Source: Gekko japonicus
Lineage: Eukaryota
Direction of reading: 5' to 3'
NCBI RefSeq assembly: GCF_001447785.1
Contig: NW_015167545.1
Span: forward strand, 693,555 to 757,554
DNA length: 64,000 nt
The notes under the pieces: model-generated
Databases searched by the model: none
Seen by the model: only the letters and a program-made list of their open reading frames with translations
What the model was told of the DNA's origin: nothing
Shown: piece by piece, positions 23,308 through 34,825 of the stretch
Layout of the letters: each line of letters starts with the position of its first letter
Position numbering within the stretch: the stretch's first letter is position 1
Position numbers and translations under genes: made by a program

Positions 23308-23456
23308 GGGAATATGCAGGCTTTGATGAGACGCAGCCGACAGCCGAGTCGGGCGGCAAAGGAAAAGTAATCAGCTACCTCAAGGAGCAGTTTCAGTTTA
23401 AGAAGGTGGTCATGATTGGAGATGGAGCGACAGACATGGAAGCCTGCCCCCCTGCG
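23308..23456 (+). CDS. PSPH: Phosphoserine phosphatase, coding exon 4
   Basis: (G)EYAGFDETQPTAESGGKGKVISYLKEQFQFKKVVMIGDGATDMEACPPA with the HAD motif III Lys and motif IV GDGATD. 149 nt. The acceptor AG at 23306-23307 lies in the TSD copy. GTGAGT donor. Confidence 0.95.
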
Positions 23457-23973
23457 GTGAGTATTCCAGTTTGTTTATTACAGGGTTCTCCATGGAGGTC
23501 AAGTAGATGCAGATGCCAGTGAACCTGCTGGCTGAAGACTCGGATACAGTTCTAGCATTAAAAAAAAAAATCATCACGTGTGTGTGGGGGCCCGAATTCG
23601 AATCATGACCACAGTGTGGATGGAGGCGAAATTGAAGCCTTTCCCACCTGCGCCATTTTCCTATCCTGAAAAGGACCTGGGGAGCTGCCAGGTGAAGAAG
23701 GCACGGGGAGGGGAGTTTAAACTTAATGCTGTAGTCCTGGTACAAATCAGGTTTCTGCCTATCCTGTTTTTGAAAATAATAAATAATAAAAATAATACTG
23801 AGAGTTAGGTTCATGGAATTCCAAGCATCACGTATAGCTGAACCTGTTGGGCTCTGAACCTGGTTCTTCCCAGTCCAACTATTCCTGGCTATCCACCTGA
23901 CCACACTGGCTCACAGAACCTATCCAAAAGTGGACTCCCTAATAGCTGGCTCTTTCTGGCATCAGACAGCACT

Positions 23974-24311
23974 TGTTGTTGTTGTTCAGTCGCACAGTCG
24001 AGTCCGACTCTTCGCGACCCCATGGACCAGCTCCCGCCAGGCCCTCCTGTCTTCCGCCGTCCTTTGAAGTTTGCTCAGTTTCATGTTCGTTGCATCTATG
24101 ACACTGTCTAACCATCTCATCCTTTGCCTTCCCCGTCTTCTTTGACCTTCAATCTTTCCCAGCATCAGGGTCTTCTCCAGGGAGTGCTCCCTTCTCATTT
24201 GGTGGCCAAAGTATTTGAGCTTCAGTTTCATTATCTGGCCTTCCAGGGAACAGTCAGGGTTGATTTCTTTTAGGACTGACTGATTTGACCTTCTTGCCGT
24301 CCAAGGGACTC
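23974..24311 (-). mobile_element. RTE-BovB LINE 3' fragment
   Basis: Minus strand KLKLKYFGHQMRREHSLEKTLMLGKIEGQRRRGRQRMRWLDSV, (CAA)n tail, 12-bp TSD tcagacagcact. Confidence 0.92.
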
Positions 24312-24630
24312 TCAGACAGCACTAGACTTGAGCAAAGCCATGCTTCCACAAAAAGAGAACGGACATCTCATCCATGTCTTCCACTGGGAGACAGAATTGC
24401 CCATTCATCAGTATCGTTCTCCCTGACAGTTATCTGCTCAGTCTGTATTTAGTGTGCTGTAAGCAGATAGCAAAAATCCTACAGAAAGGGGATAAGTCAA
24501 GCAGCTCCAGATGACTCAGGTCAGAGAGCCATGTTGCATATTGCTGTTAAAGGCTTTTTCTCTAGCCGCTGCCAGTCTCTCCCAGAGAAGCGATGCCTTC
24601 CAAACCCCTAACAGGACAATCAGCTAGACC

Positions 24631-24851
24631 TTGGGTTGCCAACCTCCAGGTGTGGCCTGGAGATCTCCCGCTATTATAGGCGATCCCCAGGTGATAGAGA
24701 TCAGTTCTCCTGGAGAAAATGGCTGCTCTAGAGGGTGGACTCCATGGCACTGTACCCTGCTGAGGTCATGTCCTACCCCAAACTCCATCCTCTCCAGGCT
24801 CCACCCCCTCGAAAGCTCTAGGAATTTCCCAACCTGGATCTGGCCACCTTA
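24631..24851 (-). mobile_element. hAT-type MITE (TAGGGTTGCCA-like TIRs)
   Basis: Reverse-complement sibling of the 13324 copy. Perfect TSD gctagacc. Confidence 0.82.
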
Positions 24852-26767
24852 GCTAGACCCACTGAGCACAAGCAAAATCAATCCATTGTGTTATCTGAAA
24901 GAAAATTTTTATCGACGTCAGCAGGACCATCCAGTGTGGCGACACCTGAGGAAGTGGGAGGAAATCCCCTAAGATCACACGCAAGAGTGAAATGCAGTAG
25001 CGAAAACCCTGGGCAGTTCCGTAGCCTGCAGGCCCAATGCTTGCCCCTGGTTAATGATTTCGCCTATCGGTTAATGATTATTTCTGATATCTCCCAGGGG
25101 AGGTGAACGAGGCCAAAACGAATATGTCAGGGAGGCCAGCCAAGTCAGGAGCGGGGATTAAGAAACAAACTCCTTCTGGAGTTCATGGTTGAACAAGGAT
25201 ACGTGCCAGCAAGAACAGGAGGGCTTCTGTACTCAAGATGTTTTTCTTCCCTACAAAAAGAATACCTGCATATAACTGGTGCACCATAAACATGTGTCAA
25301 TCACAGTACAATCTGTCCTGCCTTGATTAAGCACAGTCGGGAGCTTCTGAGTCTCCCAAGCTCTTGTAACTGGGTAAAAACAAGCACGTGTATTCAATTG
25401 AGGCAGAGGCAAGGGTCTCTTCTAAAAGGGCACATTCTGAGCATGTCTGCTTAAGCTGGCCTAACTCCCAGGCTTCTCTCCCCCCACCACCCTTCCTGAA
25501 ACCTGGGAACTGTAGTTCTGTGACAGGGGATGGCCTAATGGGGGTCAGTCATAAAATATGAAACAGCAGACTTTTGAACCTTGCAGTTGTGCAATTCTCA
25601 GGGTTCCTTGGGAGACGCAAGGGCAGCTAAACTGGATTAATTACATTTGTATTACATTGGTTCTTGGTTACATTTGAATGTTATATAATGACATTATATA
25701 ATTACATTATATGTTATATAACTACATTTTATTCTGTCCTCCTTGTATTTCGTGGCTGCTTGGCCCTGCTGTTTATTTTATTTTTCTAACGTTGCCATCC
25801 ACCATTACTTTGCATCTGACAAAGCGGGCACAAAAATATATGCTGGAATAAAATCTTGTTAGTTTGAAAGTGCTCTAGACCCCTTTCATTTTTGCTCCCG
25901 CAGAATTTGATTTAGGCTTACAGCCACTGAAAAGTCTAAATAAGGAAGGGCATTTGCCAAAGCCTGGCAGAATGATTCTTCTATATACAAAGACTGCTTG
26001 GTTTATTTTATGTATTTAAAAAATGTGCAGATACTGCCTGTGCCCTTTTCGCCTGGCAGCTCCCCAGGTCCTTTTCAGGATAGGACAATGGCGCAGGCAG
26101 AAAAGGCTTCAATCTCACCTCCATCCACACTGTGGTCATGATCCGAATTCAGGGCCCCAGACACGTGATGGTTTTTTTTAAAAAAATGCTTGAACATCTG
26201 TATCTGTGGGCACTTACTAGATGCAACTTAAACCAAGGAAGATGTACTTTTGCTAGAAAAGAGATTTATAGAAATATCAAGAAACAAGGGTAACACAGTC
26301 AAAACTGCTGCGTCTGCACGAACGATGCGAGGAATAGATTATGTTGCACCAGGAAAACGTTACTTTTGAGAATGCACACAATGGAATTTGGAATGACTCT
26401 TTGATCATGGGCATGATCCTTGCAAACCAGTTCCCAAAACCCCATCATGCTTTCTGGAAACATTTGCACGAATCCACTTGATTAGTTAATGTAGCTCATT
26501 AACAGCTAGTTCATTGTCTCTGAATAGTCTTTTGATACTCAAACTCCAGATCACTCTCATTATTTGCAGATCCCTGGCAAAACGTAAGCGACAGCCCATA
26601 TTCTGGAGCTCTTCCAAAGGGGCAGAGGATGCTTCTACATCCAGCCACCCTGCTCTGCACCCCCCTCCACCCCCACCCCTGTGCCAGAATCAGGGTCTTT
26701 CACCCCTGACTTGGAATCCTGAGATCCATTGCAGAAATTACCATGCTGTCCCTTTCTGCTTCTGCAG

Positions 26768-26878
26768 GACTGTTTCATTGGATTTGGAGGCAACGTAGTG
26801 CGGAAACAAGTAAAAGAAAAGGCCAAATGGTACATCACTCACTTCGATGAGCTGCTGAAAGAACTGGAGGAGCGATAA
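26768..26878 (+). CDS. PSPH: Phosphoserine phosphatase, coding exon 5 (last)
   Basis: DCFIGFGGNVVRKQVKEKAKWYITHFDELLKELEER*. ttctgcag acceptor. The spliced CDS totals 681 nt (226 aa). Candidate ATTAAA signal at 26941. Confidence 0.96.
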   Translation, partial: DCFIGFGGNVVRKQVKEKAKWYITHFDELLKELEER

Positions 26879-28487
26879 ATTATAGCAAAAACTAGTCTTA
26901 TTTTATTAACATTTGTCATACATAGATGTATAGCAATGCAATTAAACATGTTCTTATTGTTGTTTGCAAATAGAGGCGTTTGGGCTTTTCATTTATGGCA
27001 GGCCCCCATCCTTGGAAGTGGTGTTTGTTTAAAGTGCGGTGAATGTCACTCACAAGGTGTTGCAGTGGAAAATGGCTCCATCACACACATACCATCCTTC
27101 ATGGTTTTAGATTCACTGGTATGGTACAGCCAGGAATCTCTACACATAGCAGTGCACTAGGCTACACGCAGCAGCAGATTCTTGGTACCGTGTGTGCCAG
27201 CAAGGTTATAGAGTTACATGGGGCCACTTCAAACTAATACAAATCCTTTATTCAAGGAACTACATTCTAGATAGTGCAGGCTGAGAGGCAGGAAAAGAAT
27301 CTAACTAGCTAGATGGATGCAGATGGAGAATGCCTGTCCTGCATCTATGATGGTAACGATAGATATCGTGCCTCCTTCTTTGTGTGTGCGAGAGAGAAGT
27401 GTCAAGCCAGAAAGAAGGAAGTCTCATCCCTAAGATTAGCATTCTACTTCAAAGGATAGTATCAGATAGCAGGAAGGAAAGGATGATCTACGCGTCCTGA
27501 CCTCTCTGTCTCTAAATCTATGGTGCTGTCTCTCTGAAGGCTGAGGCAGGGGACAGTGTATGCTCCTCCACTTCCACCACTTGGATGGGGAAGCCTTGCC
27601 TCTGTTGAAGCCATTGGGATGAGGATGGAGGCAGGATTTTACCAGGAAAGTACCATTTGCGCCCATTTCTAAAAACAAAAGTCTGAGGCTTCAGCCACCT
27701 TCTCCAAAGCCGCACTGCCTGATCTCGAAGCCTTGCCCATTAATCTCAGATGGAAAGGAATGGGCAGTCATTACCCCACAGTAGCCAAAATGTTCTCTGC
27801 ACATGCTCAAAGGGGCTGGTTTAATTAATACTTATAAGCTGCAATTCTGTGGCCTAATGTTTAAACATTAGATTCCCTTGCTGAGTCCTGGCTTAGATTG
27901 ACTCCTCCTCCTTCTGCTGGTATTTAATACTCTGCAAAAGCAGCCCACTGGAGGTTGCTTTATGAGGAAAGGGAATGGCATGGGTGGTGGGAGAGACAGA
28001 AGAATAAAAATGTTAACTGTTTCCTCCCTGGACTTTCCCTGCTAGGAAAAGCCACCCCAGCTGCTGGGAAAACATACTAGGGACCATTTTTCCGCCTCAA
28101 CAGGGGTAAAAGTAGCTCAGGGATGGCTTTTTCCAGCAAGAAACAGCGGGGGAGGGAAGTTTCCTCCTCTCCTGGCACCATTCTTTTCCTCGTTGAAGCA
28201 ATCCCCAACAGCTACATCTGCAAAAGAAGAAGATGTTGTTCAAAATAAACACAGAATAAACTGTATGTTGTGTACCAAGGGAGACTGCTCACACGGTTGG
28301 GCTCACACGTGGCCATGCGGACAGGTTAAGCTTCACATCCAAAGATGCAAAATGGTGGGAGCGGGGATAAGCAAGAGCTGGAACAGAGAAGTAAGGAGAT
28401 GCAAAGATGCTCAGTGGGACACAGGAGGCAGGAAGAGGGAAGGGACAGGCGATAACAGCGGATGGGAGGCAGGGGAAACAGGAGAGG

Positions 28488-28849
28488 CAGGGCTATTTCT
28501 GGGCAGGAACGCACAGGAACAGAGTTCCGGCTGGCTCCCAAGTTGACCACGCCCACCAGGAACTCATTAGCATAATAGGCCACACCCAATAGCAGAAACT
28601 CATTAGGATTGGCTACAATTAGGGGTGTGTGGCCTAACATGCAAAGGAGCTCCTGCCACAACAGAATAAGAAGCAAAAGGTGGGTGTGGCTAGATGACTA
28701 TACTTCTGGTAACATGGGGGTGCAGCCTAATATGCTAATGAGCTGTGCTCTCATGGGCGTGGCCTAATATGCTAATGTGTTTCTGTTGCTGGGTGTGGCC
28801 TATTATGCTAATGAGTTCCTGCTGGGCTTTTTCTACAAAAAAAGCCCTA
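28488..28849 (-). mobile_element. hAT-type MITE, family A
   Basis: Family A sequence with perfect 8-bp TSD aggagagg. Confidence 0.9.
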
Positions 28850-29284
28850 AGGAGAGGAAATAAGAAATGAACTTCTGCAGGAGGGGAGGGAAACACGTGC
28901 CTGTCTTTCTGTACATTGTTCTGCAGGCTTGGAGCTAGCCCTATAAAGGCCAGGCACAAGCCACAGTTGTCCTTGTGACCCTTGTGGATGGTGTTCTTCA
29001 GCCGGGCCTCCGTATTAGAGACATGGGAGAGCATCAGATCACAAAAGGCTTAAGGATGAGAACCAGCCCTTTGACTTGGGGTTCTTAGAGATAAAAAAAG
29101 AGGGCTGGCATTCACTGGCCACTGCAGCGTTAGGCCAGATCTCCAAAAGTTTCCATCCTTGCCACCCCACCCTGAAGTTCTTACTCTCCCTCTACAAACC
29201 CAATTTTAACATTGTTGCAAATACTCAGGCTGTGTGCCTGCTGTTTGCTTTCCCTAAAGGTCAGAAGTTTTTTCCATGTCCTCT

Positions 29285-29578
29285 GAGAGCCACTTCGGTG
29301 TACTGGTTAAGTGCGCGGACTGTAGTCTGGGAGAACCGGGTTTGATTCCCCACTCCTCCACTTGCACCTGCTGATATGACCTTGGGTCAGTCACAAGCTC
29401 TGGCACAGCTGTTCCTGAAAGAGCAGTTTGTGTCAGAGCTCTTTCAGCCCCACCCACCTCATAGGGTGTCTGTTGTGGGGAGGGGAAGGGAAAGGAGTTT
29501 GTAAGCCGCTCTGAGACTCCGAGTGAAGGGCGGGGTATAAATCCAATCTTCTCTTCTCTTCTTCTTCTTCTTCTTCTC
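29285..29578 (+). mobile_element. Squam3-type tRNA-derived SINE, full length
   Basis: A-box-like ggtgtactggttaa, B-box-like ggtttgattcc, (CTT)n tail. Near-identical to 46494-46780. Confidence 0.82.
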
Positions 29579-30637
29579 TGGTTCAAGGGATGCCATAGAA
29601 AGCTCTCTGGATTTCTGGATGTTGCTCTTAAGCAAAAATCTTTTGGCACCTGGAAACTGTAAAGCTGCTGTAACTCGGGTTAGAAGAAAGTGAACATTCC
29701 TGTGCAGTGAAAGCCTTTTACAGTAGCATCCTCTTGCCGAATCCTAGTGCTCTGCTGAAACAATAGCAGTACTGTGCGGGAGCCAAGGAACTTGAGACAT
29801 GCCAGAGTTTCTCTTAGGGAGAATGTAAAAGGGGGCCCTTTTCTACAGGAACCAAAGCATTGTTGAGTTGTGGGGCTGAAATCAGGACTCCGTTTTAACC
29901 AGTTCTAACTCAGAGTGCTGGTGGTGCTCACCCTCGGAAGACGTGAAGTACAAATAATGATCCAAGAGCATTTCTTTCACTGCTAAGTGCGCCACAACCC
30001 GCCACAAGGATTGAAACAAGCAGAGCAGGGGGAACAGAAATATCTTACGCTCCCCAAAGACTACGACCCAATGAAACTAATTGGTGGCAGGCTCAGAGGA
30101 GGAACGAATTAGCATGCAATTCCTAGTCACAAGATGTGGCAAAGTGGGCTGCTTTAGGTGGCTTCAAAAGGATTTGAGAAATTAATAAAAGGAATTAGTA
30201 TAATTAATACATGCCAAAAGGGAGCCAACCATCCCCCAGGGAGCATTCCTCCAAGCTCAGGAGCCCCCAACGGAAGAGCCACCTAAGCTGGAGGAAAGCT
30301 TCAAACTTGGCTCAGTGGACTGGTAGGACGGGTAGGACCCACCCCGTTATCAATGCTATAAGTGAAAATAGAAATGTCCTTGCCTCTGCTGAGCTTACCA
30401 TCTCGAAAGCGGGAGAGACAACAGGACAGGAAAGAATGAAAACGAGAAATGAATTTACACATAATAAATTTGGTTACAGACAGGCCTATTAAGAGCTTAA
30501 GCCAAGGTCTCAGAGAAAAATGGATTTTGAAGAGGGATGTGAAGGAAGACAGAGAGGTGACACTCCAGACATGTCTAAGCCGAACAGAACCTCCACATCC
30601 AGAGGCAGCATACCTCTGAGCACCTGATGCTGAGGAC

Positions 30638-30990
30638 CAGGGCTTTTTTTGTAGAAAAAGTCCAGCAGGAACTCATTAGCATATTAGGCCACACCCCTGA
30701 CTGTACCACTCATTAGCATATTAGGCCGCATTCCCATGTTACCAGAAGTGTGGTCATCCAGCCATGCCCACCTTTTGCTTCTTATTCTGTTTACCTTGTT
30801 TGTTGTCAAAACCCAGGGCTTTTTTTGTAGCAGGAACTCCTTTGCATGTTAGGCCACACACCCCTAATGTAGCTAATCCTAATGAGTTCCTGCTGTTGGG
30901 TGTGGCCTATTATGCTAATGAGTTCCTGCTGGGCGTGGCCAACTTGGGAGCCAGCCGGAACTCCGTTCCTGTGCGTTCCTGCCCACCCAA
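30638..30990 (+). mobile_element. hAT-type MITE, family A (right terminus eroded)
   Basis: Colinear with the 12860 copy. Confidence 0.86.
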
Positions 30991-31205
30991 AAAAGAGGCC
31001 GTCTTCCTCATGGCCTACTCAGGCATTTGGCCAATGCTGGAGGCAGAATGCTGAGCAAGATGGACCTCTGGGTATAATTAATGATTTCCTGCCCCAAATG
31101 TTTATGCTTGTAATTATTAATGCTTGTCATTGGGACAGGGATCAGCTGAATCACATGCCTCAGTTAGTATCCTATTTTTCCAGCAAGGTGCTGCTTTGGA
31201 ATGAG

Positions 31206-31572
31206 CAGGGCTATTTTGGGGCAGGAACGCACAGGAACGGAGTTCCGGCTGGCTCCCGAGTTGGCCACGCCCAGCAGGAACTCATTAGCATAATAGGCCC
31301 AACAGCAGAAACTCATTAGGGTTGGCTACATTAGGGGTGTGTGGCCTAACATGCAAAGGAGTGTTTGACAACAAACAAGGTAAACAGAATAAGAAGCAAA
31401 AGGTGGGTGTGGCTGGATAACCACACTTCTGGTAACATGGGGGTGCGGCCTAATGTGCCAATGAGCTGTGCTGTCAGGGGTGTGGCCTAATATGCTAATG
31501 AGTTTCTGCTGTTGGGTGTGGCCTATTATGCTAATGAGTTCCTGCTGGGCTTTTTCTACAAAAAGAGCCCTG
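31206..31572 (-). mobile_element. hAT-type MITE, family A
   Basis: Both termini present, flanking direct repeat gaatgag. Confidence 0.88.
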
Positions 31573-33283
31573 GAATGAGTACTGTGTAATCCAGCTGGTC
31601 CCCCATAGGAAGTCAATTACAGCCCTGTGGGCAGATGTCTGGGACTCCAACCATGAGAAAGCATACTTTGATGACAACCGTCTGCTATTGCAACATTTGA
31701 ATCAGGCCTGTCTAAGCCAGCAAGGCCTTTCTTATGCTGTCTTGCTTAATCACTGAATCTGAATTTATAAGTTTTTAAAACGTCTCTATTTTCATTCAGG
31801 AGTTATAAAGGCAAAGGTGTAGACTGCACATTTCCCCTTATAACTCTGCAAGGAAAAGTGCTAGAGACTTCTTTTAAAAACATGAAAACTGGAAAGTAGT
31901 AGATCATGGTAACAGATCATTATACTGTTCTGACACTATAGCGATTTAATGATTCCTGATTTTTTTTTTATTTAAAAGCCATCTGGTGAAAGGGGGAAAT
32001 GCTGGCCACAAGGGGCTGTGGCAAGGAAAGTACAAGAGGTGGTGTGTTAATGCTCCAGTGAAGTAATGAAAGCTATACAGAGAACTGTCAGTGTGTGGAA
32101 ACAGCCAAAGGCTTCAGGTCAGAGAGTACACTTGCAGCCAAGTTAATCGATTCCACCCAACTAAAACAACAGGCTAGACAGCCAGAAGATGTTCAGGAGC
32201 ACACATGAAACTGTTGCTCCCCTTGCAGTTCTGAGAATTGTTTTTCTGAAATTCACAATGATATGTTACTCTAATTTCCCAGTAGTTCTCCTCCCACTGG
32301 TACAGGAAAATCCAGTGTCATTGTGCAAGGTGGCCATTTTTCCTAATTCTTCACTACTACCTCTGTTGCTCTCATGGAATGCCCAGAAACTAGATTCTGG
32401 CTGGCCCCAAATGTTCTGATGGGTGGAACATCCAAATGGCACCTAGATGCACAACACACACAGACTGTGATACCACCAGCCTGTCTTACAGCACTTTTGA
32501 GTTACTGAGATAATACATATCAAATGCTTTGAGCACTTGAAATGTGCTTATGCAGTGCTAAGTATTATTTCTAATAATAATAATAATAATAATGTCTGAA
32601 GCAGAAGACTTAGCCATTCCAAAACTGTGCTGCAAAGTCCATGTTTGGTTTGCCGAGCCTCCATCCAAACCCTCTCAAAATAAATTGGGACTTTTGAGTT
32701 TTAATTGCCGTTCGGAAGGGGGGCCTGCAAGGGGATCTGTGGGGAATTTGCAAGACAACCAGCACCAGTTTGCTGGTCTGGAACATTTTAAAATATAACA
32801 ACTGATTTTTTTAGAGATGGGAAATGGTGTTGGAGATGCGAAATGAGGAAGTAAGAGAGTTCATTAGGCCTGCATGGGAAAATTCCATGACTGACAGGCA
32901 AAACAAACATCCAGCCGTTGGAGTCAGAGTAGAATGTGCTTGGAATACATTTCAGAGGTATTGTTTGCACATGGGGAATTGTCAGGTGAGGTTACTTAAA
33001 CTCTGCCTTTATTCCCAGAGAGCCATATTCACATCCCAGCTATCCCCATGTTCAAAAGGGCTTCCATTTGGCTCAGCTAACTGGCTCAAAACAAAATAAA
33101 ACAAAGACAAGACACTGGAGGTTAGGTTTGTTGGTTTCTTCCCAATGGGAGATTGGGAAACTGACCATACCATACGCCCTTCTAAGTTCACTAAAGTCAA
33201 TGGGCTTAGAAGGGTGTTACTGCTTAGGAGAGCATCACAAGTTTTCTTTCATGTGCTATCCCTATGTATATCTGACAGCTAAA

Positions 33284-33550
33284 CAGTACTGGTTAAGTGC
33301 GCAGACTCTAATCTGGGAGAACCGGGTTTGATTCCCCACTCCTCCACTTGCACCTAGCTGGATGACCTTGGGCAAGCCATAGTTCTGTCAGAGCTGTTCT
33401 TGAAAAAGAGCAGTTTCTGTCAGAGCTCTCTCAGCCTCGCCTACCTCACAGGGTGTCTGTTGTGGGGAGGGGAAGGGAAAGGAGCAGCTCTGAGACTCCT
33501 CTGGGTAGTGAAGGGCGGGGTATAAATCCAATCTCTTCTCTCTCTCTCTC
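33284..33550 (+). mobile_element. Squam3-type SINE, 5' end clipped
   Basis: High similarity to the 29285 copy, (CT)n tail. Confidence 0.8.
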
Positions 33551-33826
33551 GCTTCAGGTTGCTCAAATCTACACATGCAGTCTAATATACTTCCATAACC
33601 ACCCCTCAAAGTTCTTGGCTTGTTACTCTGGCCCATACAACTTCTGTGTTCTGATGGTGCAGTGCCTAGCACATGAGTAATAATATCCAATTGCTCAGCT
33701 GTAATAACTATGGACCATCTGAATTAATTCTGTGCCATCTTAAATCTGATCAAATCCATACATTTGGATCCATAAATGAAGATTCAGGTTCCAACAGCCT
33801 GTACCTAAGATGTGAATGTAGAACTA

Positions 33827-34314
33827 GGCTGTGGTCAGACAATAGGTTTGGCGTGGTCTGGCCGCGCCTCTTATTGCACCGATTTCAGTTGTAGCGGGAA
33901 GGTTTGATCAGACATCATGCCCTGAATTGGCTGCACCACGTGCACAATCTGTGGCCAATCGTTCAGATTACTGATGGAGCGCGCTGTCTAGGTGGTTTTC
34001 TAAAAAATGTTCTGGGTGTGCTCATGTGCAGATCCCAAGGAAGAGGGGAGGGGGCTGAGATGGAACTGAATGTTCACACTTCCCAACCAGCTTGTAACGG
34101 GGATGTTCAGACATCCAGAAATGTGGCGTGAAAGTGTTAACATCCATAAAGACTGGACTTTTCCTGGTGCCTGGTAACCCCGCTTTGAAGTCAGGCCAGA
34201 ATGGGCTGCCAACGACTGGAGAATGGGAGGCAGATGTTGCTGTCTGATCATGCACTTCAAATTCGGCAGGGAACAGCAACTGCATTGGATCAAACTGCTC
34301 GTCTGCCTGCAGCC
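33827..34314. mobile_element. Probable PIF/Harbinger-type MITE
   Basis: Imperfect TIRs ggctgtggtcagac / gtctgcctgcagcc with a 3-bp direct repeat cta on both sides. Confidence 0.55.
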
Positions 34315-34336
34315 CTAGAATCTTAATTTACACAGT

Positions 34337-34372
34337 ATTGCTTCTTGGACTTTTGGCTACGATCAAGTGTGT
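34337..34372 (+). pseudogene. RNU2: 3'-truncated U2 snRNA retrocopy (about U2 nt 1-35)
   Basis: attgcttcttggacttttggctacgatcaagtgt matches the recalled vertebrate U2 5' end at 30/34 positions, two of the mismatches being CpG decay. 11-bp TSD atttacacagt at 34326-34336 and 34374-34384. Confidence 0.85.
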
Positions 34373-34482
34373 CATTTACACAGTAACTTCCCAGCTAACT
34401 GAACTTTAAATTCGCTTAGGGATCAAAGCTCCCTTTGCTCTCTCCCAAAGCTTAATACCCTGAAACTCTGGTTTGAGGTACT

Positions 34483-34825
34483 AAAAAGGTAAAGGTTTCC
34501 CTTGCTCGAGAGCCAGTCAAATACAACTCTAGGGGGTAGAGCTCATCTCCGTTTCCAAGCTGAAGAGTCAGTGGTGTCCGAAGATGTTTCTGTGTTCATG
34601 TGGACGGCATGACTAAACGCCGAGACGCACGGAACACTGTTACATTCCCTCCGAAGTGATACCTATTTATCTACTTGCAATTCCTTGCTTTTGAACTGCT
34701 AGGTTAGCAGGAGCTGGGGAGACGGGAGCTCACTCCGTCATGTGGCACTCGGGTCTCTAACTGTTGAACTACAGACCTTTTGGTCTGCAACCCAGAGCCC
34801 TACTGCAGACCAACACAGCTACCCT
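34483..34825 (-). mobile_element. Sauria SINE (Squam1-type)
   Basis: (ACCTTT)n tail read as aaaggtaaagg, with a body shared with the 39374 and 47048 copies. Confidence 0.82.
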
